A stretch of 64,000 bases of DNA from Macrostomum lignano (taxonomy: Eukaryota). The first letter of the stretch is position 1; each line of letters starts with the position of its first letter. Below, piece after piece: positions 46,501-56,385 of the stretch. The position numbers and the translations under genes are program-made. The stretch spans positions 1 through 64,000 of the forward strand of contig NIVC01003590.1 of the NCBI GenBank assembly GCA_002269645.1, written 5' to 3'. The notes beneath the pieces were generated by a model that saw only the letters and a program-made list of their open reading frames with translations, was not told the origin of the DNA and ran no database searches.

Positions 46501-49500
46501 GGTGCTGCTATGGGCTTAGATGTCGCTGAGTTCCGGGATGTGGGTATTGCTATGGGTTTGGATGTTGTTGAGTTTCGGGATGTGGGTGCTGCTATGGGCT
46601 TAGATGTCGCTGAGTTCCGGGATGTGGGTGTTGCTATAGGCTTAGGTGTTGCTGAGTTCCCCCGTGAAAAGTGCTGAAAGTGCTCAATCTCAGTTCTTCC
46701 CAGTTACCGTGGGAGACACGATGCTGAGCAGCTTGCCGCCCTGGTACTCGCACTGGTGCTTGGCGTCCACCCACACCATCGGCTCGGGGTTGAACAGGTA
46801 GCAGTAGTTGGACAGCAGGTCTCTGGTCCAGAACGGGCCGCAGAACGGGTCCCAGTTTAGTGAAGTAGTCGGAGGCAGAGTCGGCAGGGTGCCTCCAATG
46901 TCTGCGGAAATTGGTGGAAAAGCGGCTGCTTTTAATTGGTGCAGCGCTGCAGCTCTCATCAGAGCCTCGTAGCAGCACTAAATAGGCGAATTCCAAGTGA
47001 GTTTTTCTGGACGTCAGTGGGGCATTTTCAGTGAAGTAGTGAAGTTGAAGTCTTTGGATTGGGTCAGTTAGTAGTCCTTGGAGTGCTTCATTTAGTAATT
47101 TTTGGATTGGATTAGTTAGTAGTCCTTGGGTTGGGCCAGTTAGTAGTCCTTGAAGTGGGTCAGTTAGTAGTCCTTGGGTTGGGCCAGTTAGTAGTCCTTG
47201 AAGTGGGTCAGTTAGTAGTCCTTGGAGTGGGTCAGTTAGTAGTCCTTGGAGCGGGCCAGTTAGTAGTCCTTAGAGTGGGTCAGTTATTAGTCCTTTGAGT
47301 GGGTCAGTTATTAGTCCTTGGAGTGGGTCAGTTAGTAGTCCTTGAAGTGGGTCAGTTAGTAGTCCTTGGAGTGGGTCAGTTAGTAGTCCTTGGAGTGGGT
47401 CAGTTAGTAGTCCTTGGAGTGGGTCAGTTAGTAGTCCTTGGAGTGGGTCAGTTAGTAGTCCTTGAAGTGGGTCAGTTAGCAATCGTTGGGCTGGGTCAGT
47501 TAGTAGTCCTTGGAGTGGGTCAGTTAGTAGTCCTTGGAGTGGGTCAGTTAGTAGTCCTTGGAGTGGGTCAGTTAGTAGTCCTTGGAGTGGGTCAGGTAGC
47601 AATCGTTGGAGTGGGTCAGCACGCAGTCCTTGAGCTCGCAGCAGTCACTCACAGGCCTTCTTCTTGCAGATGTAGGGCAGCCGGTACACGCAGCGGATGT
47701 CGTTCCACTTGCCCGACAGGTACATCTCGGCGCAGTTCTCCTCGCCCTCGAGGTTGTTCGGTTCGCCTTCGTTCCAGTTGTTGTAGTCCATGGGCGTCTC
47801 GTCCACCGTCCACATCCATCTCCGGTCCTCGCTAGTCCTGGTGTGCAAACCAATCCAGAAGTCGTGGTCTTGCAGTTGTCCTTGAATGAACTCCTGCTCG
47901 CCGCGAGACCGGATGTCGATGAGGTCGGCCGAGTGGTCGTTGCGGCAGTTGCCGCGGGCGGTCAGCCAGTCCGCGTACTTGATCTCCAGCTTGTAGCAGC
48001 TGGGGCCGTGCAGCATCCAGCCGTCATCGCAGCTGAACCGGGCTGCGGGCGAGGGATGGCATCGATATCATCAATCTCATCAGCCTCATCAATCTCATCA
48101 GCCTCATCAACCTCATAAACCTCATCAACCCTATCAACCTCATCAACCTCATCAACCTCATCAATCTCATTAAACTCATCAACCTCATCAACCTCATCAA
48201 CCTCATCAATCTCATCAACCTCATCAATCTCATCAACCTCATCAATCTCATCAATCTCATCAATCCTATCAACCTCATCAACCTCATCAATCTCATCAAC
48301 CTCATCAACCTCATCAATCCTATCAACCTCATCAACCTCATCAACCTCATCAACCTCATCAATCTCATTAAACTCATCAATCTCATCAATCTTATCAACC
48401 TCATCAATCTCATCAACTTCATCAATCTCATCAACCTCATCAACCTCATCAACCTCATCAATCTCATCAATCTCATAGACTCCGGAAATTTCATTGGATC
48501 ATGAGAAAGATCATTTAGAAGTAGTAATTAACCATTTGAGGTCACTGGTCACAAGCCAGTCACAATCCAGTCACAAGCCAGTCACAAGCCAGTCACAATC
48601 CATTCACAAGCCAGTCACAATCCAGTCACAAGCCAGTCTCCAGCCAGTCACAAGCCAGTCACGAGCCAGTCACGAGCCAGTCACAAGCCAGTCACAAGCC
48701 AGTCACAAGCCAGTCACAAGCCAGTCACAAGCCAGTCTCCAGCCAGTCTCCAGCCAGTCACAAGCCAGTCACAAGCCAGTCACAAGCCAGTCACAATCCA
48801 GTCACAAGCCAGTCACAAGCCAGTCTCCAGCCAGTCACAAGCCAGTCTCCAGCCAGTCTCCAGCCAGTCTCCAGCCAGTCACAAGCCAGTCACAAGCCAG
48901 TCACAAGCCAGTCACAAGCCAGTCACAAGCCAGTCACAAGCCAGTCACAAGCCAGTCACAAGCCAGTCACAAGCCAGTCACAAGCCAGTCTCCAGCCAGT
49001 CACAATCCAGTCACAAGCCAGTCTCCAGCCAGTCACAAGCCAGTCTCCAGCCAGTCACAAGCCAGTCTCCAGCCAGTCACAAGCCAGTCACAAGCCAGTC
49101 ACAAGCCAGTCACAAGCCAGTCACAAGCCAGTCACAAGCCAGTCACAAGCCAGTCACAAGCCAGTCACAAGCCAGTCACAAGCCAGTCACAATCCAGTCA
49201 CAATCCAGTCACAAGCCAGTCACAAGCCAGTCTCCAGCCAGTCTCCAGCCAGTCACAAGCCAGTCACAAGCCAGTCACAAGCCAGTCACAAGCCAGTCAC
49301 AAGCCAGTCACAAGCCAGTCTCCAGCCAGTCACAAGCCAGTCTCCAGCCAGTCACAAGCCAGTCACATGCTACTCACGCGGCTCAGGCGTGGGCACCTCC
49401 GGCACTTTGCCCAGCGGAATTTCGCACACGAAGCCGCCCATCTCGACCGGGTCGGCCGCCTGCCACTGGCCGGCCTCGCTGGACGCCACGATCCGAATGG

Positions 49501-52500
49501 CGTTGGCCCTGTCCGGCCGCAGGTCCGGCTGTCCGTCCGCCCAGTTCTGAAAGTACTTGGTGTACTCTCCGCCCGTGGTCCAAGCGAGTTTGTCTTTGTT
49601 TGTTGCGCCTGAGTGATTTTGGGAAATCATTAATTCCTTCATACGCTGGTAAAGTGAGCAGCTAAGTGGTGAGTCCCTGAGTTCGATTCTGTGGCTCGCC
49701 TGCGCTAGCGGTAGTGCTTTGAGAACGAGCTATCAAAAAATTGACTTACGAGTCATGCCAATCCAAAGGAACTCCACGCCCTGATTCTGAAAGTCAATCT
49801 TGTACTTGTTGATGAAGTCCTGGATGTGCTTTCTGAAATGAGGAATGCGGACAGCAACTCTGTACGAGAATTGGCCCGAGTACATTCCTGACCAGGGGCG
49901 TCGCCATGGATTTTGTGGTGGGGGACAAAGCCAAGAATTCAAGATGTACATGACTAAATTCCTACATTTCCATTATTTTGAGAATCGGTGTTGTCAGTGC
50001 TCATTGTGGCGCCGTAGGCACTCATTTTAGCGCCGCAGGCACTCATTTTGGCGCCGTAGGCACTCATTTTAGCGCCGCAGGCACTCATTTTGGCGCCGCA
50101 GGTACTCATTTTAGCGCCGCAGGCACTCATTTTGGCGCCGTAGGCACTCATTTTAGCGCCGTAGGCACTCATTTTGGCGCCGTAGGCACTCATTTTAGCG
50201 CCGCAGGCACTCATTTTGGCGCCGCAGGTACTCATTTTAGCGCCGCAGGCACTCATTTTGGCGCCACAGGCACTAATTTCATTTTGGCGCCAAAGGCGCT
50301 ATATTTTGGCGCCCAGGAGAAAAATTATTGAATACCAAAACGGGTCACAAGGTGGGGTAGAGGGGACAAAGCATTGGAATGTTCCCCCATAGCTTTTACT
50401 GAGGGGGGGGGGACACATGTCCCCCCTGTCCCCCCCGGTAGCGGGGATTAGAAAGGCAGGGCACTGTGTACACCCTGTGTTCTCGCAACCGTCCTGAGAA
50501 TAACTACTATAGTCTTGCACTGAAGCAGCTCACTGTTTAATCTGCAGAATGCTGGAATTGCGAGCCTTGCAGTACTGGCTGGCCTCGTCCCAGGACACCT
50601 TCTTGATGTACAGGTCGTAGCACATGTCGCGGTGCTGATACCAGCCCCTCGGGCAGCTGCCCACCGAGCGCTCGCACACGAAGCCGGACCGGCCCTCGGT
50701 GCAGGTCTGCGCCCGCCACGTGGTGCGGGTGACGTCTGTCCTGACTGTCTGCACGCACGTCTTGTCGATGATGTCGGGCGTGATGCTGGGCCGCGACCCG
50801 GTGCTCCAGGTCTCGTAGGTCAGGCTGGAGTCATCCACCCAGCGCCAGGCGTAGCCGTTGGGGTCGTCGGAGTCCGCGTAGGTCCTCAAGCCGATCCAGA
50901 AGTTCGCGCTGATGCCCTCGGACTTGCTGATGACATCGTGCACCGCCGTGTTGGTGTCCGCGTCCGGGATGACGGCGAGGTCCGACTCGTCCGCGTTGCA
51001 CGTCGTCCTGTCGGTAGGGTTCAAGGTGAGGTGGACTGCTAGGCTGCACTGATAACCTGTTCTGTGGATAACCTGTTCTGTGGATAACCTGTTCTGTGGA
51101 TAACCTGTTCTGTGGATAACCTGTTCTGCGGATAACCTGTTCTGTGGATAACCTGTTCTGTGGATAACCTGTTCTGTGGATAACCTGTTCTGTGGATAAC
51201 CTGATCTGTGGATAACCTGTTCTGTGGATAACCTGTTCTGCGGATAACCTGTTCTGTGGATAACCTGTTCTGTGGATAATCTGTTCTGTGGATAACCTGA
51301 TCTGTGGATAACCTGTTCTGTGGATAACCTGATCTGTGGATAACCTGTTCTGTGGATAACCTAGAGCTACAGAGAGGGGCGCCAGCTACAGAGGGGCGCC
51401 AGCTACAGAGGGGCGCCAGCTACAGAGGGGCGCCAGCTACAGAGGCGGCGCCAGCTACAGAGGGGCGCCAGCTACAGAGGCGGCGCCAGCTACAGAGGGG
51501 CGCCAGCTACAGAGGGGGCGCCAGCTACAAAGGAGGCGCTAGGCGCTAATTAGAGAGGAGGCGCCAGCTACAAAGGAGGCGCTAGGCGCTAATTAGAGAG
51601 GAGGCGCCAGCTACAAAGGAGGCGCTAGGCGCTAATTAGAGAGGAGGCGCCAGCTACAAAGGAGGCGCTAGGCGCCAGCTACAGACGTGGCGCTAGGCGC
51701 CAGCTACAAAGGAGGCGCTAGGCGCTAATTAGAGAGGAGGCGCCAGCTACAGAGGAGGCGCTAGGCGCTAATTAGAGAGGAGGCGCCAGCTACAAAGGAG
51801 GCGCTAGGCGCCAGCTACAAAAGAGGCGCTTGGCGCTGATTAGAGAGGAGGCGCCAGCTACCGAAATATTTCATGCTCTCAAATCATATGAAGCCAAGCT
51901 TCGCAGCTGTCCCCCTCTGTCCCCCACGCAGCTGTCCCCCCTGCCTGCTTTCTTATTTCGGCCATCAGAAACTTTCCCAGCTGTCCCGACCCCCCCCCCC
52001 CCCCCAGTCCCGGAGCCCCTCAGCAAGCGGTCTCACCGAGCCGTCTCCCAGTTCTGGCCCTCTTCTCCAGTCTTAAAATTGTGCACCTTGTAGCACCTGT
52101 TGTTCTGGTACATCCAGCCATTGTCCGTGTCGCAAGTTGTCACTTCCTCTGTGTGGTAGAATGGGGTCTGGTAGAATGGGGTCTGGTAGAATGGGGTCTG
52201 GTAGAATGGGGTCTGGTAGAATGGAGCCTGGTAGAATGGAGTCTGGTAGAATGGGGTAGGTAGAATGGGGTAGGGTAGAATGGGGTAGGTAGAATGGGAT
52301 CTGGTACTCGTAGAAGGAAAAGCAATTCCAAGTTTTGGTTTGAAACCGGCCAGAGAACTCACGTTTTAACTTTTTGCAGACATATTTGTACTTGAGACTG
52401 CAGTCTTTGGGCCATACCAAGAGGAAGGAGCTTCCTCTGAACTCCCAGATTGACATGCAGTTTCCGGGTGTCGAGTTGCTGACTCCGCCAGTGATGGGAT

Positions 52501-53839
52501 ATTTCCTGAAATTATGACCATCTTGATTGCTGATAATGCGTTTTGTTTCAAAGTAAACCAGTGGTTCGGATACGCCGTCTCTGCGACTCACAGCAGGTTT
52601 TTCTGATAGATTTTTCCCGGCTGCTCATTGCCCGTGTGGCCGTCGTCCCACTGCCAGAGCGACTCCATTGAGGAGCGAGTGAGCCCGAACCACCAGTACT
52701 TCTTGTCACCGGAGGAGCCGTAGGAGTTGATGATGCCTGCCACATAGTTCTAGAAAGCAGAGCAGCGGGGCGTGCACAGGTCTATAGCGGGCTACTTTTG
52801 AAGGTCGAGAGGTAGGTAGGTTTTGACGGTCGGCAGGTAATGAGGTCAGGAACAGGTAATGAGGTCAGGAACAGGTAATGAGGTCAGGAACAGGTAATGA
52901 GGTCAGGAACAGGTAATGAGGTCAGGAACAGGTAATGAGGTCAGGAACAGGTAATGAGGTCAGGAACAGGTAATGAGGTCAGGAACAGGTAATGAGGTCA
53001 GGAACAGGTAATGAGGTCAGGAACAGGTAATGAGGTCAGGAACAGGTAATGAGGTCAGGAACAGGTAATGAGGTCAGGAACAGGTAATGAGGTCAGGAAC
53101 AGGTAATGAGGTCAGGAACAGGTAATGAGGTCAGGAACAGGTAATGAGGTCAGGAACAGGTAATGAGGTCAGGAACAGGTAATGAGGTCAGGAACAGGTA
53201 ATGAGGTCAGGAACAGGTAATGAGGTCAGGAACAGGTAATGAGGTCAGGAACAGGTAATGAGGTCAGGAACAGGTAATGAGGTCAGGAACAGGTAATGAG
53301 GTCAGGAACAGGTAATGAGGTCAGGAACAGGTAATGAGGTCAGGAACAGGTAATGAGGTCAGGAACAGGTAATGAGGTCAGGAACAGGTAATGAGGTCAG
53401 GAACAGGGCAGGTAATGAGATCAGGAACAGGGCAGGTAATGAGATCAGGAACAGGGCAGGTAATGAGGTCAGGAACAGGGCAGGTAATGATTAATGGGAA
53501 TGTAAACAAGGCCGCCAAGTCCTGACCCTTTCATCCTCGTCAGTAACGGACAGCAGCGAGGCGTGCTGCAGCTCGCAGGCCTTCTTGGCGTCCGCCCAGG
53601 TGCGATAATTGGCCTCGCTGTCGGACATCTGGTAGCAGAAGTTGCTGTTCTGCCGGTTGATCCAGCCAGCCGGGCACTTGCCGTCTATCTGGGCACCTGG
53701 AGATGTTGGAGAATCTGTGAGAACTCTGAGCTAAGATAGAAGTTAATTAGGCAGCTCAAAGCTTACCTGTCTGGCCAGCCAGAGCCATCAGAGCCAGCAG
53801 GCAGCAGCTCAGCGCTGATGCCACAGTCAGCAGCCGCAT
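40516..53839 (-). CDS. Macrophage mannose receptor-like type I membrane protein, 12 CTLDs, about 1920 aa, 16 exons: 53839-53767, 53696-53527, 52749-52592, 52505-52363, 52148-52037, 51007-50534, 49832-49750, 49608-49378, 48042-47653, 46901-46708, 46230-45723, 45637-45474, 44831-43274, 43195-43050, 42328-41219 (1-bp deletion at about 41338-41341), 40763-40516
   Basis: Signal peptide MRLLTVASALSCCLLALMALAG; repeated C..GW..CY, WIGL, EPN/QPD, WND, ICK motifs; Thr-rich stalk; TM LVAIAVLAFLLLLAGVVAAVII; tail ending LENPSF. All junctions are GT-AG and phases are consistent if one base is restored in exon 15. Confidence 0.9.
40808..41140. repeat. Minisatellite, 24-bp GTGGGGTAGGAATGGATAGGCAGA (lectin intron 15)
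   Basis: Tandem copies. Confidence 0.93.
42545..42620 (+). mobile_element. hAT-Charlie (MER58-like) terminal fragment
   Basis: CAGGGGGTCGGCAAACTCGGGCCCGCGGGCC is typical of Charlie-type TIR/subterminal sequence; no partner end seen. Confidence 0.5.
42787..42950 (+). mobile_element. tRNA-derived SINE with CORE-like body (in lectin gene intron 14)
   Basis: A-box-like TGGCCCGCAGGGTCAGAGCG, B-box GGTTCGATTC, then CCTTGAGCAAGACACCTTACTC..CTTCAGTTCACCCAGCTGTAAAATGGG resembling the MIR/CORE domain. Confidence 0.65.
44975..45468. repeat. Minisatellite, 32-bp ATGTCAGCAGCTAACTGATAATGTCAGTGTTT (lectin intron 12)
   Basis: Tandem copies. Confidence 0.95.
46255..46660. repeat. Minisatellite, 42-bp GATGTCGCTGAGTTCCGGGATGTGGGTGCTGCTATGGGCTTG (lectin intron 10)
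   Basis: 14-aa periodicity in the ORF track. Confidence 0.95.
47055..47635. repeat. Minisatellite, 24-bp GTCAGTTAGTAGTCCTTGGAGTGG (lectin intron 9)
   Basis: Tandem copies. Confidence 0.95.
48065..48478. repeat. Array, 9-bp CTCATCAA(C/T) (lectin intron 8)
   Basis: Tandem copies. Confidence 0.95.
48545..49367. repeat. Array, 11-bp AGTCACAAGCC (lectin intron 8)
   Basis: Tandem copies. Confidence 0.95.
49893..50450. mobile_element. Degenerate hAT-like element enclosing a 21-bp array
   Basis: Left end CAGGGGCGTCGCCA; right region GGGGGGACACATGTCCCCCCTGTCCCCCCCCGGTAGCG resembles such elements' subterminal palindrome; no TSD seen. Confidence 0.35.
50000..50295. repeat. Minisatellite, 21-bp GGCACTCATTTT(A/G)GCGCCG(C/T)A (lectin intron 6)
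   Basis: Tandem copies. Confidence 0.93.
51050..51362. repeat. Minisatellite, 16-bp TGGATAACCTGTTCTG (lectin intron 5)
   Basis: Tandem copies. Confidence 0.95.
51363..51860. repeat. Compound array of GCGCCAGCTACAGAGG(G) and GGCGCTAGGCGCTAATT units (lectin intron 5)
   Basis: Tandem copies directly abutting the previous array. Confidence 0.9.
52155..52285. repeat. Array, 15-bp GGTAGAATGGGGTCT (lectin intron 4)
   Basis: Tandem copies. Confidence 0.9.
52847..53490. repeat. Minisatellite, 19-bp CAGGTAATGAGGTCAGGAA, about 30 near-identical copies (lectin intron 2)
   Basis: Tandem copies. Confidence 0.97.
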
Positions 53840-54354
53840 GTGAGCAGTTATGAGCAGAGGGGCAGCGTGAACGAACAATTAGAAAAAAATTGAGCTGAAA
53901 TCTTTCTCAATTCCCGAGAAAACTGATGTGTGAGTCTTTTCAAATAGGGCTCAGCCACCAAGTTGTGCCAGTCCAGCTGAGCACCCGCCGCTCTCTGAGG
54001 AGCTTATCTCAGACACCAGCCCAGCACACCGAGGCCGGCTGTTGAGCAGGGGGTGCTCATAGATAAGGAAACTTTTTGTCGAAAAAACCCTTTCTCCAAC
54101 TCTGTAGGGGTCAGTCAGGTTTTTCAACTCCACGAGGTGCCTCGGAGATCAGCGAGTTGGCGTTGAAGAGAAATTTTGGCAATTCAAGTGACTTTGCCGA
54201 TATGGTGGCTAAGATAAGCAGGGTCTGCTGCCAACCTCACCGCAGCTGTGCTGGTGCAGGTTGTTAACCAGTTGGACTTGCCCTGCAGATATATGTAGGT
54301 TCACGCAGTTTCAATTTTTAATAACTATACTCATAGCTCAGTGCGGCTCAAGGG

Positions 54355-54980
54355 TCCATGCAGGGCCAGCTGAAGGATCTATGTAGGGTCAGCTGAAGGA
54401 TCTATGCAGGGTCAGCTGAAGGATCTATGCAGGGTCAGCTGAAGGATCTATGCAGGGTCAGCTGAAAGATCTATGCAGGGTCAGCTGAAGGATCTACGCA
54501 GGGTCAGCTGAAGAATCTTTGCAGGGTCAGCTGAAGGATCTTTGCAGGGTCAGCTGAAGGATCTATGCAGGGTCAGCTGAAAGATCTATGCAGGGTCAGC
54601 TGAAGGATCTATGCAGGGTCAGCTGAAAGATCTATGCAGGGTCAGCTGAAGGATCTATGCAGGGTCAGCTGAAGGATCTTTGCAGGGTCAGCTGAAGGAT
54701 CTTTGCAGGGTCAGCTGAAGGATCTATGTAGGGTCAGCTGAAGGATCTATGCAGGGTCAGCTGAAAGATCTATGCAGGGTCAGCTGAAGGATCTATGCAG
54801 GGTCAGCTGAAGGATCTTTGCAGGGTCAGCTGAAGGATCTATGCAGGGTCAGCTGAAGGGTCCATGCAGGGCCAGCTGAAGGATCTATGCAGGGTCAGCT
54901 GAAGGATCTTTGCAGGGTCAGCTGAAGGATCTATGCAGGGTCAGCTGAAGGATCTTTGCAGGGTCAGCTGAAGGATTTCT
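54355..54980. repeat. Minisatellite, 23-bp TGCAGGGTCAGCTGAAGGATCTA
   Basis: Tandem copies. Confidence 0.95.
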
Positions 54981-55029
54981 GCATGCTGGGTGATCGACTT
55001 TGGCAACGCCAACTGGAGCAAGAAAGATG

Positions 55030-55325
55030 CCACCAAACCAATGTGCTCACCAATCTGCCACAACAGTGTGCTCACCAATCTGTAACCCCAACAGTGAGCT
55101 CACAATCTACATGTACCACCACACCAGTGCGCTCACCAATCTGCCACACCAGTGTGCTCACCAATCTGCCACCACACCAATGTGCTCACCAATCTGCCAC
55201 CACACCAGTGTGCTCACCAATCTGCCACCAAACCAGTGTGCTCACCAATCTGCCACCACACCAGTGTGCTCACCAATCTGCCACCAAACCAGTGTGCTCA
55301 CCAATCTGCCACCACACCAGTGACC
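55030..55325. repeat. Minisatellite, about 28-bp ACCAGTGTGCTCACCAATCTGCCACCAC
   Basis: Tandem copies. Confidence 0.9.
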
Positions 55326-55994
55326 TCAGTCGGCCTCACAATTTCGAATGCCTTTGGCTCACGTTTCAGAACATGAGCTGTTTTTCTCAAAGAAATAAAC
55401 AAGTTAGAATGGCTCAACCGCGGAAATTTGGCATACTAATAACTAACAACAAAGTGTTTTTGTGACACAATGTGTTCCAGAGAATGCATTGCTATATTTG
55501 GCTAACACTGAAGAGATGCTATGTATGCTGCAGTGTGAGAGTTATTGGCAAAGTGTATCACAGAACATCATTTCAACATGCCTAACTGCACAGATTCAAA
55601 GGCAAACTACACTACTATGAGTAGCCAAGCGGAAATTTTTTGAAATTCGTTGAGTTGACGCTTAGAATGAGTAATATTTTCCCAACTGACCAGATGCCTC
55701 AAATCCCCAATATTGACTTTGAGTAAAGTAAAAAATTCAAGCTGTCAGCCACCATTTGAGCTGGAAATTGCTTTCAACTACTTTTTTGGCACCCAAAATC
55801 TGCCTGGAATCAAAACAGGTACAAAATAAAGAAAAGCTGACTAAAAACAACAATATACTACTTAAATAAGACAGTAGAACAGTAGAATAGAGAGCTAGGG
55901 GGCTGTTAGTTTTGACACAAAGTCGAAGGGCCTGAGCTGACAGCTAAGAGTGCAAGGCTGGTCGTGAATGTGAATTAGAAGCAAGTAACAGAGG

Positions 55995-56340
55995 CAACAG
56001 GGTCACTCTTAGTGGGTCAGCGGGGTCACCCTTAGTGGGTCAGCGGGGTCACTCTTGGTGGGTCAACAGGGTCACTTTTAGTGGGTCAGAGGGGTCACTT
56101 TTGAAGGGTCAACAGGGTCATCTTACTGGGTCAACAGGGTCACCCTTAGTGGGTCACCGGGTCACTCTTAGTGGTTCAACAGGGTCACTTTTAGTGGGTC
56201 AATGAAGTCACTTTTGTGGGTGAAAAGGGTCACTGTTAGTGGGTCAGATGGGTCACTCTTCGTGGGTCAACAGGGTCACTCTTAGTGGGTCAACAGGGTC
56301 ACTATTAGTGGGTCAACAGGGTCAGTTAGAGTCAACAGTG
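55995..56340. repeat. Degenerate array, about 23-bp TAGTGGGTCAACAGGGTCACTCT
   Basis: Tandem copies downstream of the PIGB stop. Confidence 0.88.
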
Positions 56341-56385
56341 TCAGTTGGTGGGTCAGCTGCTTCAATCCAAGCGGGTCAGCCGCGG

